Below are positions 42,055-56,237 of a stretch of 64,000 nucleotides of DNA, piece after piece. The DNA lies in contig JAQGDQ010000716.1 of the NCBI GenBank assembly GCA_030141605.1, positions 1 to 64,000 on the forward strand, given 5' to 3'. Position 1 is the stretch's first letter. Each line of letters opens with the position of its first letter. The notes under the pieces were generated by a model. That model was given only the letters and a program-made list of their open reading frames with translations. It was not told the DNA's origin and made no database searches. The stretch is from Tubiluchus corallicola (Eukaryota > Animalia > Priapulida). A program made the position numbers and the translations under genes.

Positions 42055-42520
42055 ACGTTTTATTTGTCTTTTGGTATTTTATTCATGACATGTTATGACA
42101 TTAATATGATCAACAAACATCTGGAAAATGCAGATTGTCATCTTGGTGTTGCAATTGATACGCTCAAAAAGCTTCATTGTGAATGAAAGAGTACAGGAAC
42201 TCTGGTTTTTCAAGTGCTGCCACTGATGCTAAAGAGCCTGCCAAAGAACATGGGATTCCCTCTTCATTTATGCAACGTAGGGTGCGCTGGTGCCCAAGAA
42301 TGTTCACCCACAAGGGACATGGTGATATGTCTTCAATCCCTGAAGAATTGCTTGGAAAAGGATTCTTCAACACTGTTACCGACAGTGCGATAGTTAACCT
42401 GGACAAGCGATTCAAACAGCTTTTAGAACGCCAGAGTAAATTTGGATTTTTATAATAGCTTTTGGCATCTCAAAAAATCTGAATCTGCAAGAAAAACTGC
42501 AAAGATTTGTAAAACATACT
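42055..42520 (+). mobile_element. hAT-family (ZMYM1-like) transposase fragment, frameshifted
   Basis: INMINKHLENADCHLGVAIDTLK / KEYRNSGFSSAATDAKE..GIP..F..RRVR..PRMF / FFNTVTDSAIVNLDKRFKQL...FGFL. Confidence 0.6.
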
Positions 42521-42533
42521 GAGTGACTCAACA

Positions 42534-42824
42534 GTGTGTCTTGATGAGAAGCATGCTATGCTTGTTGATCATGCCTCTGAAGTCTATGCAGACCTAGAAA
42601 TCTGCATGGGAAGTTTTATGCATACTGATGCTTTTGAAAATGGCATAAAGGACATAGTGTTGCATTTCACTGAAATGTACACTGAAGCATTTCCAGGTGA
42701 AATTCCGAACTACATACATATTGCCTGTCATTTCCCTTTCTGGTACCAGAATTTTGGTGTTTTAGTAGCATATAAACTGCAATCAGTTGGGCATGCTAAC
42801 CATTATTACGCAAAAATGTTTTAG
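42534..42824 (+). mobile_element. Possible Transib/RAG1-like transposase C-terminal fragment
   Basis: F...F.GEIPNYIHIACHFP...G.L.AY..Q.V.H.N resembles the T/P-x-Y-x-H...H-x-P...G...E-x-x-N block of that group. Confidence 0.35.
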
Positions 42825-43079
42825 CAACTCGAAATACGACTTAAAGCAAGCCGTGCAGCCATTTAATAGAGTTAAATTAACGTATGATTATTAGACGTCT
42901 CTGTTTAGTATGCATGTTAGGTAGCAATTAATTATTACATTTTTACACTTATATTAGTTACATTGATTTTCAAAACAATCACAAACAGGCTATTAAAGCA
43001 GTGTATTTCAAACATTGGTGCCACTAGCATTTGCTTAAAATGAAAAAAAAGTATAATACTATTGTATTACAATATTCAA

Positions 43080-44063
43080 TTACAAACCTGCTTGATAAGA
43101 AAAGAGCTCCAAATCAGGTTGGTATAGATTATGCAAACCTCCACGAATCGCTGGAGCCAATGTTTTATAATAAAAGGAAAAGATTTTCTTACGTTTTGCA
43201 GTTTCGTATTTCTTTGGAAATAAATCTACTTCATTAAATTTTAACAACTTCTTCAATAGTTGCATATCTTCCGCCATAGTCTCGTATTTACCAATGAAAT
43301 CATAATTAATCCTGCAAGGATCACACAAGTTCACATACGTCTGCCAGTGCTGATTCGCACGTTTGCCCTTCGTTTTTAAAACATATTCAAGAAACACATC
43401 AAAAGTTATGTTCTGGTTAGTCATACTTCCTTGATGCTGTGTTATAATGGCTTCGCGAACCGATTTAAAGTTTGGATCTCCAATAACAAACTTGTCATAG
43501 AATGCAGAGTAAAGTCTGTCCAGTGGATGTCGAACAAATACAATCTTGTAATATGTGTCAATAATGCGTTTACGATCTGTGATGCTGTATTTCAACAAGG
43601 ATTTGTTGTTGTAGGATTTGTTTACATGAACTGCTAACTGTTCTATGTGCAATATCTCCTGCACGTTTGGATGATCTGCCAGAAATAGAATTCTTTTCCA
43701 ATTCGTGCTCGCAATTTTAGGTATCCAGCAAAACAGCATTTTATACTTTCCATTGACTAGAAGGTATTTCATTTGCTCTCGTGATGAAAGTTCAGAAAAG
43801 TAAGAATTCCCATATTGCCGACATATTTTAACTTTTCTGCGGATCCGTTGTTCAACAGTCAAGTGTAAAACACGTTCTGTTTCTTTAAGCGGTTTTTCTT
43901 CTTCTGAACTGGTAGCAAAAAACCAAGATTTTTCAAGGCATCTGTTCCGTGTGCACTCTTGGTGTAACGCAAGACTTATAAGAGCGCCAGTAGCAATCAG
44001 AATAAATTTTCTAATTGATAGTTTGTACATCATGTCTGTAAAAATGGCTGTAATAGATAACAT
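43080..44063 (-). CDS. Carbohydrate sulfotransferase, Sulfotransfer_2 family (CHST8-14/HNK-1ST-like), type II membrane protein
   Basis: 5'-PSB CWIPKIASTNWKR, 3'-PB VFVRHPLDRLYSAFYDKF, HW...LCDPCRINYDFIGKYETM and terminal LYQPDLELFSY, plus an N-terminal TM. The true start may be the ATG at 44033, after acceptor-like tttttacag. Confidence 0.93.
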   Translation of the reverse strand: MLSITAIFTDMMYKLSIRKFILIATGALISLALHQECTRNRCLEKSWFFATSSEEEKPLKETERVLHLTVEQRIRRKVKICRQYGNSYFSELSSREQMKYLLVNGKYKMLFCWIPKIASTNWKRILFLADHPNVQEILHIEQLAVHVNKSYNNKSLLKYSITDRKRIIDTYYKIVFVRHPLDRLYSAFYDKFVIGDPNFKSVREAIITQHQGSMTNQNITFDVFLEYVLKTKGKRANQHWQTYVNLCDPCRINYDFIGKYETMAEDMQLLKKLLKFNEVDLFPKKYETAKRKKIFSFYYKTLAPAIRGGLHNLYQPDLELFSYQAGL

Positions 44064-44384
44064 TTATTTTGATGCCATGATGCAGATTTTATTTAGTAAG
44101 GCAGACATAAACCTTACGTGCTTTTAAATTATATTTTTTGTTCTGAAACTAGAATAGCAAAATTTGACACATATCGGTAAAAATTATCTGCAGACACCAA
44201 GTTAAAGCTGCCACTACGTTGCGGAAATCCGATTTTCAAGTTTCTTGCTCAAATCTGCAATTTGCGCTCAAAGCTCAAACTAGCAAGTTGTACAATGTAC
44301 ATGCGTATACGATTTAGATAAACCTACTTGTCACAGGTGTTACGAATTTTGATTGTTCCTTGGCAACATTGTTTGCCAGAGAAT

Positions 44385-44421
44385 AATAGTAGTAGTAGCA
44401 GCAGCAGCAGCAGTAGTAGTG

Positions 44422-44488
<67 letters not shown>

Positions 44489-44514
44489 CAGTAGTAGCAG
44501 TAGTAGTAGTAGTT

Positions 44515-44602
<88 letters not shown>

Positions 44603-44694
44603 TAGTGGTAGCAGTAGCAGCAGCAGCAGCAGTAGTGGTAGTAGTTATAGTTGTAGTAATAGTAGTAGCAGCAGCAGCAGCAGTAGTAGTAGTT

Positions 44695-44776
<82 letters not shown>

Positions 44777-44819
44777 CGGTAGTAGTAGCAGTAGTAGCAG
44801 TAGTAGTAGCAGTAGTAAC

Positions 44820-44853
<34 letters not shown>

Positions 44854-44875
44854 GCAATAGTAATAATAATAATAA
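44385..44875. repeat. (AGT/AGC)n plus (AAT)n microsatellite
   Basis: Directly visible. Confidence 0.95.
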
Positions 44876-45441
44876 CTAGCAATACCCCGCCAAAAAATAT
44901 TTGCATATAAATACACGTATAATCAATAATACGCGAACATTCTAACTAGTCCTCATTTATAACGCAAAGCCCGTAACATCCTGCCTACTTTTTGCTGAAT
45001 TAAAGCTATAAGCTTATAGACAGAGTACAATGCAATCGTCAACGTCACAACAATGCCTTTGGGTCAGCAGTTTTCTAAGCGAAAATTGCCGAAAATAGAA
45101 CATGTAATTAACTCGCAAGTACTCCTCTCGGTGGACCTGCCCTAAAATATAGCCCACATCGTCGTGTAGCCCCGTTTTTCCTCTTTCTAAAGAGCTATAT
45201 ATCTCCTTCCGAGAGTCCCACCAGGCGCCGCTAGAACGTTTTTTCCGCAGGCTGTTTGGAAGATTTCAAAAAAATCGCGAGTTGGGTCCGGGAAAACGCC
45301 CGTTGCGGGACCCCGTGGCCCTCTCGCGAATTCTAAATAGGCCTACTACACCCACCGCTGAACGGGCTATCTATCCATACCCAGCACCACCCTCGACCCG
45401 TTCCCGTTCTCTAAATCTCAGCCGTATAACTTTTGCAAAAA
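44876..45441 (-). mobile_element. Non-autonomous Helitron, 5'-truncated, with intact CTAG 3' end
   Basis: ...GCGGGGTATTGCTAG|T on the minus strand, plus the family core. Confidence 0.75.
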
Positions 45442-46186
45442 ACTGCAGCCTTTCATATAGGAAATGAATAAGAGAATGGACGAATGAAATATTAGATGAT
45501 TTTTGTGTGAAAAACATCCCGCTATATCGAGCTTATGGTAGAGACGCATAAAAACGATAAAAACCCGAAAAAAAAAATTGATGTTTGCGTAAGATTTTAG
45601 ACTCCTGATTCCGCATAGTGAAACTCTTTTGACTAAAGCTTGTTCTAGTGGTGATAATAAAAAACTCGAAAGCTATCAGCAAGCTCCGCAAAACGGAGAC
45701 TTACACATTCATCTTTAAACTCAAGGTTGCTGAAAACTTACGAGGCGACTGACTGGAATTCAAAACTGTTGTTAGTAATATACTTATGAAATATGACTTG
45801 ATTTGGTTACACAACTGATCGTACAAGATAATGAAGTAGACTGAAACCAAAATGAGGATTCTTAGACGATTGGACAGGTAATGACATCACTTTAATTTAT
45901 TATCAATTAATGTAATCATACCTCAAACGAAAAGTCACGAACATAGTGTCTCCTTGGTGATCGAATAATATTTTTCGTTTGATTTTGATATCGGCGCCAT
46001 CGGCAATAACCAGTGGGGGGGGGGCAGAATTTGTCAACTTGTTTTGAAATTTAAATATAGAAATTGAAACCTATCAAGTTTTTTCACAAATCACAAATTA
46101 ATTGAAAATGATATGGAAACGCTATAATTAGTAGTATAATGTCTTCAATTGAATTCAAAAATGATTTCAGTTCATTAGAAGCGAAC

Positions 46187-46365
46187 CACAGCACTAATTA
46201 TACGTACATGTTCACACAGCACTAATTATACGTACATGTACACACAGCACTAATTATACGTACATGTACACACAGCACTAATTATACGTAAATGTGCACA
46301 CAGCACTAATTATGCGTACATGTACACACAGCACTAATTATACGTACATGGTCACACAGAAATTA
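46187..46365. repeat. 28 bp tandem repeat, about 6 copies
   Basis: Unit CACAGCACTAATTATACGTACATGTACA. Confidence 0.9.
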
Positions 46366-47929
46366 ATAGCAAAATGACAGTAAAAACATGAGACTTTACA
46401 CCGGCATTCAGGCTACATTTTATATTAAACCTATTTAACAACCGTAATGCACACTATAATGATGAATGTCTACACACATTAGAATGCAGGTCTACTATGT
46501 AAGATATGGTTTCAATATGGAATTTCTTTCGATCTACATCTAACCTTTGAAAACTTCAGCATAAAGAATTTACTTATTTTCAACCTACTAAGGTCTTTGC
46601 ACGTTGCCCCATGCGAGTGATAGGTATATATCAAATATTACATTAAAATGAGGGAGTTTATTTTTACACACACGTCTGTGCGATGCTGGAAATATGCTGT
46701 ATAGAGTAAAACCCGTATATTGGATGTTTATTTTTCTGTACTTTCAAATCGTTCCAAAGTTATGTTTGAGCCACATACAGGAACAATGAAAACTCAATAT
46801 TATACGAGATGAAGAAAAAGTAATTTTTTAGCACATTTCAGGTTTTCTAATTAGATTTTGTTTGCAAATATCGCAGTTAATTATCTATATCAACGTTACT
46901 ACAAAAATGTCAAACTTTAAACTTCCTATTATGTAAAGTTATTATTGCAAATCAAATGGATGCGACTGGAGGTGTCAACCGGGGTATATTTTATTACTTT
47001 GTCTATATCTCTCGAATTTTAGAAGGATATGTTCTTACTTTTTATCATATAGCGCTTACTAATATAACACAGAATTTCAGTATTGAGTTGTTGCTTTAGA
47101 TAAACAATTAACATAAGCTCAAAGATCTTTTTGCATACTTGTAATAACAATTCTACAACTAAATAACAGAGATGATTATTACTCCACTTTCATTTCTAAA
47201 TACCACGCGAAAGGCAGGGTAAAATATTCAGTGTGTTGAAGTAAAACTCGACAAGTTCTAAGGTAAAAATTCATGTTTCAAATTTACCGCTGTGCTCACG
47301 CATGAGCTATAGAACGTGTGTAGTTCGTCACAAACTAAAATATCTGAACCGAGAGATACAACACCTGTTTTTGTGCAACTCTTTCCAAAATGCAGGCGCT
47401 GGTGTCCGTCTAACTAGTGAATGGCAAAATGCATGTAACAACGAAGAACTAGTGGCGCGAATGCGAAATTGTGTTTGTGAGGTAATAATTCTTTCACGTA
47501 AGTCACAATATGTTTTCTACAGTTTAAGATTGACCTACAGTTTTGACCTATAGTTTAAGATTAGGTTCGGTTTTGCTTTAAGAAACAGTTAATGTGCTTG
47601 GCGCCCGGCTATGCAGTTATGTGTAGAATGAAAGAAAAAAGGTTGTCAGGTAGCTTCACTTAACTTCAGGATTTTATACAGTTCCCGAAAAGGTTCCCGA
47701 AAACTTGCTCACATTAAACAGCGATTACATTATGTTTGGGATATTATTATATTATTCTGCTTCCCACATGACAGGCTTTCATAGAGATTTATACACATAA
47801 CACGTTTGGTTACTTTAGACAAATTAAAAATAAAGTCTGAAGAATAACAGACAATTGGGTTATGTGCACCATAACAAATTACAGTACCACTCGTGTAAAA
47901 TTTCTTGGTGCAGAGAAACTCATCTGTCC

Positions 47930-48320
47930 AGATTCGACACCTCCATACGTTAATTCCAAGAATATTGGTGAAATCAAAACTAAACTACAAAACGGTGTGA
48001 ACAATATATGTCAATGGATGTCAGCTAGTAAAAGGATCCTTAATGTAGTAAAAGCTAAAAAATGATAGTGTGTAGTGCCCAAAAGCGAGCCCGTGCAACC
48101 AATTCACTAGATCTTGATATAAAAGTAGTGGCACCACGTTAGAGGAAGTTCGCGCAGAAAAGCTACAATTTCTCTTAATGATCATCTTATCCGGCAGCAC
48201 CAAATGACTAAACTTAGAAGTTTGGTAGTTGAAAAGGATGGGATATTCAAAAAAGCACGTCCCTACATCAATGCTACATTGGCAAAACTACTCTACAATG
48301 CTACGGCACTGCCACAGAAG
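47930..48320 (+). mobile_element. LINE RT fragment, degenerate
   Basis: KLQNGVNNICQWM...LNVVKAKK and GIFKKARPYINATLAKLLYNATALP. Confidence 0.6.
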
Positions 48321-49319
48321 TTATTGATTGCAAAATGCCCGCGAAGCTGAAACACAAATTCCAAAAAAGAAACTTTCTTTGCAAAACACAAGCAAGCGTC
48401 TGGTGGGCAGTTGTGTTTAACTAAATTTAGACATGAATATAGCAAAGCAGTCTGAGGAGCTACTGAGGGAAATTTTGGTTTAATTTATTTCAACAACCAG
48501 CTTGTACCTATGATGCATTTGTGCCTTGTTGTGTTTAAAATATATACGCGTGCAAATAATGTGTTTTAATGTAATATATAATATCTTATCACTCATGTAT
48601 TGGTAAATTTTAATGTATAATTTGTACTGTGATTTATATTTCAACGCTTTTAAAACTATAAAAACTATAAAATTTGTGAAACTGCATACGATTTTAGCCT
48701 TATATTGTATTTATAATTTATTACTGTGCGTAAGTTTTGTTTTGTTTAAGTTTGGTTGGTATTCAGTTAAGCAAGTAGCTGTTGCTTTGATGTGATATTG
48801 GTGATGTGAAACTTGTCTAGCCTTTTGTTGCTTTTGTAAGGGCCCCAGTTGTTTGTCTCTTTTTGTTGTTTGTGTGTGGTGTCCATGTCATTCTAGTTTA
48901 ATACCAAAACCCATAAAACACCTATATAAAACACGCGTTTACTCAATCAGCTTAAACAATCTGCATGCTAACTTAGCGGAATAGATAAAAGTCAACCGAA
49001 AGCAACAAATAATTAATTAATATGCGTGATAACAAGGTTGCTCCCACTAATTAGCCAAGTGGTGAGTTGTTAGGTCTTATATAGTCTCCCAGTGTGTTCG
49101 TACCGATTTGCTTGGTCAAACAGGGTCTGAATATTTTTATAGTCAAATAGGAGTTTACATAACTACACATGAATGCACTGAGGGCAAGTGTATCATTGCA
49201 GAAGTAATGAAAGATTTACATGTTCTTCAAAACTTGTAGAAAGTCGGGTTATTCACACTGTGATAAAACTGAACACTTTTCACTTTGTTCAGAAAGTCAT
49301 CTTATTCTTTGTATTACAG

Positions 49320-50361
49320 GTGTTACTGGAGAGGAACAAGAAATCTTTTGTTTGCCCCAATCTTTGTGTTTTGCACATTTATGGGAACATACAAGATGAT
49401 GTACATTGCTACTATTAATGAAGAGGAAACTGTTACGGAAGATTCTTTCAAGAGACTTTCTTTAAATTATTCAAATAAAGATGATATTCCACCTTGTGGA
49501 GACCCCTGTGATATAAACACAGAACACTTCCATCAGACAGTGGGTCTAGACTATCCAGTGCTACATAAACATTATGACTGCCAAGCGACTATGAAAAGGC
49601 TGCTCTTAGAAACTCCGTCAGATGAGTGGCCTCCTCCACGAGAACCTCCCCCAGAACTGGTGGGTGAATTTGCAATGTATGGTAAGATGCCCATACGAAA
49701 GTGGTATTTTGCAGAGGTCTTCCCTGAATCTAAAAAGAATCTCTTTAACACTTCATTTATTTCGAAATTGCAAAATAGAGTGTTGGAAGGGAAAAATATT
49801 TCGCCATACGGTCTTTTTGCAACCGGCACTGTTGTAAAAGCATTGAGCTTGTACAGAGAGGTAATTGAAGGGAAAGTTGGTTTTGTTATTGGAACAATAC
49901 ACCCTTGGATTGAAGCTCTTTTGCTGAACTTCAATGCATCACATGTAACAACAGTAGACTATAATGATCCAATGTCAACACATCCCAGGATTACCACAAT
50001 TTCACCTCAAAAGCTGGCACAAAAATATCTGGAAAAAGGGAAGCCATTGTTCGATTTTGGGATTAGTTATTCATCAATAGAACACAGTGGACTTGGACGA
50101 TATGGAGATGCTTTGAATCCAAGTGGTGATCTTGAAGCAATGGCTCAAGCTTGGTGTTTAGTTAAAAATTTTGGATTTTTCTTTTTACAAGTAGATACAC
50201 ACAAAGGTGAAAACTATATTGCTTGGAATGCGGGTAGATATTATGGAAACGAAAGACTGATGCATCTTACAGCAAACTGGAACGTTTTTGATGTAGTGAA
50301 AAATACGCGCCGTGGCCGGAGGGAAGAAATTTTAAGAGTTATGCAGAAAATCAATAATTAA
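49320..50361 (+). CDS. DUF268-family SAM-methyltransferase-like type II membrane protein, copy B (main coding exon)
   Basis: About 92% identical to copy A by hand alignment, with the same SSIEHSGLGRYGD signature and the same acceptor ctttgtattacag (49318-49319). Confidence 0.88.
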
Positions 50362-53300
50362 ATGTGGATCTGCACCACTGTAGAAAGTTATACAGACGTC
50401 TTGTTGCCTTCTTACTTTTTAGTATGTCATCGTATCTTGTGCTGAAGGTTGCTGTGTTACAATTACAGAACATCCCAAGTCTGCAAAATTACCTATTAGC
50501 TCCAGCAATCCCGAAAGCCCATTTGCGTTTAGGAGTAAAACACAATGGGCGCTTGCTGACATTATTTTATTATGGCATTACTATAGCATTGTGCAATATT
50601 CAGTACAGCTGGATTTGAATGCATGAGTTTTTGCACATCACTAGAGGGAAATGGAACTACAGAGTCTGGCTAATTATATCATGTATTTCCTCTACAAGTT
50701 AAACACTCAGTGTGCTACCAATAAAAGGTTAATCCTCTAGAATTAGATGAATGAAACTGGCCAGAACACGTATTTTCACACATTTTCATTAGCTTTTTCA
50801 AAATAAAAGTACTATATTACTAATAGTTTAACATATGTGCTGACAGATACAGTTAAAATTGTTTATTATTGTTTATTAATAAGTCTAATCCAGGTTGTGG
50901 CCTTGGTCTGTGATGCTCAATCACGTGTAGCTGCTGGGCTTCCCATATATGGCAGAGAATATTGCTAGTGAGTTTTACTAGCCAATCAGGTAAGCCCAGT
51001 AGATGCATGTGACTTGTGTAGCTTTGCCACGACCAGCCTGAGCATTTTTTCGTCTGATTATTGCTGTTGAATTGTCACCATGTGTGCTTTCTTTTCATGT
51101 AAATAGTGTAAATAGCAAATAAAATCTTTCACAGTTTAATGCAGTTTTCTATTCTCTTCTTGCTTTAACAACCAGAGTGAGCCAGTCTCATAATTCAGTT
51201 TTAAACTATCTCTTTCAAGAAGTCTACAAATTACTAAAATAAAGTTTATAATAGCGGTCCAGTCACTCAACAGAGACAACTCCAAAGTTTTCTGTTTGCA
51301 TTGAAGGAAGTCACCCATCTTTTCATTACACAGCTTCAGTGTCGCTCAAGTTCATTAGCAAGACGTAAAAATATATTTTTTGTTTTCGCCTGCACAACCC
51401 AGTGCAATAGACAAAACCAGTTGACCTTATTTGAATACAGACTTAATAATAACATGATTGTAATTGCAACAAAATTATTTTATAGTTGCCTTCCCCGGGA
51501 ACAACTTATCGAAATTCTTTTCGCAGTACGCTGTCTAATTAATGAGTAATTAACTTTTTGTATCTCACATGAAACGCCATGGAGCTGCACTTACGCCTCT
51601 CCTGGTGAAAAATTGAACTAGCGCAGCTCTGGCTGACGAGGTAACAGAGTGTACACGCAGCTTATTGTGATATTGTCGTACAAGATTTGGTTAAATATAA
51701 AGTTGTTATTAGTACATTGCAGCATTTGACCTTGGTTTGGATAGGTAGTCGGCTTCATCAAAAGCGACATATTTTACTACCGTCGAAAGTTATGGGTCCA
51801 TTACAGTATATTCTAAATGAGGTAAACAATCATTGCGCAAAATTAGACTGGTCTACAGCATATTGTAAAATTCATGTGGCATTAATTGAAAGCATCGTCA
51901 GTAATACAAGCTGCAAAAGTGTGGGCCTTGGTAACAAAAGTTCTTTTCTTGCAAAGCAAGTCCGTATAGTAACTTCATTCTGGTAGAAGAATTAACGAAT
52001 TTGTAAACACAGAAAAACTCATTGAAGCATAATTATAATGCTAGTTTGACAATTTTTAGTGACAGCTTCATTATGTCAGCCTTGACAAAAATATATTAAC
52101 CCCATGGACACATAGACTATAACATGTTAGCTGTAGAATTATTGACCAAACATATATGAACATTTTTAACATTGTCGTGTTTTAGTCTGTTAAATCAGTA
52201 AGACTTTTAATATCAACCAGAACTTTAACTGTTGTTCGTTAGCTTTTGTTTTTACATGATAACAACACGTTGTGTTTATTTTTACACAGCAGTGATATTA
52301 AAATATTAGGATTAGATAAAATTCTTGTGGTCAGTTGGACTGAAATAAAAACTAATGATAATAATAAGTTTAATATAATTAAAATTCACTTTTACAAAAT
52401 AAAAAACTAACGATACAATGTGGTTCGATGACGAAATAATTATTTATTGTCTTGTTTCAAGAAAGGTTATTCTATCACTCATTCTATTACAAAGTTGAAA
52501 AAACTGCATGTAGTACAAAATACTCTAGTACAAAGCTCTTTGTGCTAAACAAATTACCAAATACACTGAAGTCGTTGTTTATGGTGTAAGGATTAACAAT
52601 TTACAGTTGTCAATTTGCGATTTGCAAAGCTTTTTCTTTAGTTAATATTCAAAATTCAGAATAAAATTTTAGCGCAAATAACTGCATTACATAATGTAAT
52701 TGTGATATTTTTACTGAAATGGATACAAATCTCGAGATGATGTAACGATCTGACGTCTGGGGGTAGTTTGTTTGATCGAAGGTAGTCGCTGGGTAACAAT
52801 TTGACTGGCCTGACCGAGCTAAAGGGGCGACCAATCATCTACCCGTTAGCTCCAGACAGTTGCGAGCTTATAGGCAGTCTACGGGGGGCCTGTCTATTGA
52901 GCAGAGTGGTTCGGGTGTGGGATGTGCAGTTTACTTTGCTTGGAATAATCTGTTGGACTCACTATGATAATGCAAGCGACGAAGATAAGGCAACTAATGC
53001 ACAAACAATCAATTGCATAAATATTGTAGAAATAATTATTAAGCATACAAACAAAAAATGTATGTAAAAGAAAACACTATCATTATTCAAACACTAATTT
53101 AAGTTTGAATGTGCTAAATATTACGGTATCTACTTACAGTAGACTTACACTATCAAGTCGATAAACAAACAATAAAATTGGCATATAATGCACAACCGCT
53201 AAAGCTACCTAAAAGGGTACCTATTTGTCTAACTACATGCCACCCCAAATGATGTAGTCCTCGCTAGCGCTACGATGATCAACCGGCATTATCTCACTTA

Positions 53301-54959
53301 GAAAATACACCATGGAGGTTGCGTAGTACTACTTAGTTTAACGTAGGGCGCCTCTATGATGAGGTTGCAGCTCAGCGTCTATTAGTATCACTACCAATTT
53401 CTTGAATAGCAAGGAGGTTAAGTCCAGCTTCCACGCAACTGCTAACATCAGATAAGCAAAAACTAAATCGTGCAACTTACAGTCTCTCGGTTGTTACCGT
53501 ACTGGGGGTGCCTCGTCACCTCAAACATGGATCCGCCTCTCAACGGTTTGTCGGTACGCCAATAGCACTTCCCAACAATACGATCACAGCAATGAGACAA
53601 AGTCTTAATTGTCTCCAAACTTTGTGGAAATCGCTACCACCAAAAACATCTGTCCACTCAGTTGTCCAATGGTTTCAGACCTCATGAACAAAGTCACCAT
53701 ACGATATAACTGACTACGTGGACGATACTACTTGCACGTCATATCAGTCTACGTGCCGTACCTGGAGTAAAGTTGCTGACCTCTTTTCGATACCTGCGAG
53801 AGTAGTCGCAGGCATAGGTATATGCTGGCTTCCTACAGCTATCATTACAAGCGATTAAACTGGCCCTCCCGCAGTACTTACTAACCTTGACTAATGGCTA
53901 TTATCGTTCATAGGCTATAGAAACGATCTTTTTAATGCTAATGTTATTTTACTTCCACATATGAACAAAAGGTAGAATACATAATGATATGCACAGCATA
54001 GAAGGGTCAAAAGTGAGTAGAGTTTGTGTTTTCTTTCCTAACTCTGTAACTGGGGTGACCAACCAACTGACAGACCAACTGAACAAACAGCACACTCACA
54101 TGACGCAAGCCACTGCACGAGTCCATTTATGTGGGAAGATGAAATGGACGTTACAGATGACTAAACTGCATCGATAAACTATGCACTTGGCTTAAAATGA
54201 AACAAAAAAACACTACAGAAACTGCATCTGACTAAATCTCTCAGAAGTGTAAGCACAATATTTTTAGCACTAAAGTTCATCATGTTCTAAACTCACGTTT
54301 CAAAGCAAACAGCCGAGAAATTATCACACAGGTTGTAGGAGTGAATCCAGGTTTTAGGTTACACTTTCACTGCTCCAATAATTTTCTGTTGCTCATCGAA
54401 AACTAAAAGTTGTTATATTTTGGCTTCGTATTTCGACACTTTTAGTCTGACTACTGCATCCCGTCTAATTGTTTAATCCTAGCGCAACACATTCCACGAC
54501 CGTTTTTCAATAAGAACAATCAAAACCGAAACCTAGCAAATCACGCATTCAATTCACAATAAACCAATCTTTACCGTGATACGGTCACTAGGTATAAACA
54601 GTGTAAAAGTACTGTTTGCTGAACGCTGTTTGTTGGTGCAAACAAATGCTGTAACAAGTGTTGCGTACAATCCGTCTCACCTTGGGCATTTTGCCAAGTT
54701 TCATCTGTAGTACGTCAATTTCGCCACCAGAGGCGCAGGCGCAGATGCATGCTCAATGGCGGCCTAGTCAAATGTTCGTTTTGTATACAATTTTATCCGA
54801 GGTTTTGCCAAGGTCTCTTAAACATGAAAATTTCGTGAAGAATGAGGTACGTATTTCTATTCACAATATAATAGCGAGTTATTTAAGCTCAACTTAATTT
54901 TGGTGATATTCGCCCTTTAAAAGATTACAAATAAGGTACAGATCTGTTGTAATAATTGT

Positions 54960-55255
54960 AATGTACAGGGTCTTGCACAAGAATCGCAACGCAAAACCAA
55001 ACTTTGTAATTAGTGTAGTGCATAGGAACCTGCAAGAAAATCGAAACGCAAACACAAATTTTGTAATTAATGTAATACATACGGACTTGCACAAGAACCG
55101 CAATGCAAACACAAACTTTGTAATTAATGTAATGTATTCGGACCTGCACAAGAATTGCAACACAAAACACAAAGTTTGTAATGATTTTAATGCTTAGGGA
55201 CCTGCACAAGATTCGCAACGAAAAACCCAAACTTTGTAATTAATGTAATACATAG
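54960..55255. repeat. 57 bp diverged tandem repeat, 5 copies
   Basis: TGCACAAGAA..GCAAC...AAACTTTGTAATTA recurs at 54974, 55031, 55088, 55145 and 55203. Confidence 0.85.
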
Positions 55256-55307
55256 TGCGGAATTGTACACGAAATGATGAGTATTGGAGATGGCAGCGAG
55301 AAAGATT

Positions 55308-56237
55308 GGTCAAGTCAACAAAGGAATTCATGGATGAGGTTGTCAAGTAGCCAAGGAGTGAATTCATCCCTGAGGCTGTCAAGTAGTCAAGGAGTGAATT
55401 CATGGCTAAGGTGGTCAGGTAGTCAAGTAGTGAATTCATGGCTGAGGTGGTCAAGTAGTCAAGTAGTGAATTTATGGTTGAGGTGGTCAAACAGTCAAGG
55501 ATTGATTTCATGGCTAAGGTGGTCAGGTAGTCAAGTAGTGAATTCATGGCTGAGGTGGTCAAGTTGTCAAGTAGTGAATTCATGGCTGAGGTGGTCAAGT
55601 ATTGAAGGAGTGAATTCATGGCTAAGGTGGTCAGGTAGCCAAGTAGTGAATTCATGGCTGAGGTGGCCAAGTATTGAAGGAGTGAATTCATGGCTAAGGT
55701 GGTCAGGTAGACAAGTAGTGAATTCATGGCTGAGGTGGTCAAGTAATGAAGGAGTGAATTCATGGTTGAGGTGGTCGAGTAGTCAAGGATTGAATTCATG
55801 GCTGAGGTGGTCAAGTTGTCAAGTAGTGAATTCATGGCTGAGGTGGTCAAGTAGTCAAGGAGTGAATTCATGGCTGAGGTGGTCAGGTAGTCAAGTAGTG
55901 AATTCATGGCTGAGGTTGTCAAGTAGTCAAGTAGTGAATTTATGGTTGAGGTGGTCAAGTAGACAAGGATTGAATTCATGGCTAAGGTGGTCATGTAGTC
56001 AAGGAGTGAATTCATGGTTGAGGTGGTCAAGTATTGAAGGAGTGAATTCATGGTTGAGGTGGTCGAGTAGTCAAGGATTGAATTCATGGTTGAGGTGGTC
56101 AAGTAGTGAAGGAGTGAATTCATGGTTGAGGTGGTCAAGTAGTCAAGGAGTGAATTAATGGCTGAGCTGGTCACGTAGTCAAGGAGTGAATTCATGGCTG
56201 TGGTGGCCAAGTAGTCAAGTAATAAATTCATGGCTGA
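55308..56237. repeat. 36 bp tandem minisatellite, about 25 copies
   Basis: Unit GTAGTCAAGGAGTGAATTCATGGCTGAGGTGGTCAA. Confidence 0.95.

Noticed and set aside
44314-44916. Poly-Ser/Thr/Tyr/Val ORFs (mucin-like)
   Set aside because: This is a trinucleotide microsatellite that is open in most frames.
53190-53900. GC-richer segment possibly derived from an LTR element
   Set aside because: I could not identify paired termini, a TSD or protein motifs.
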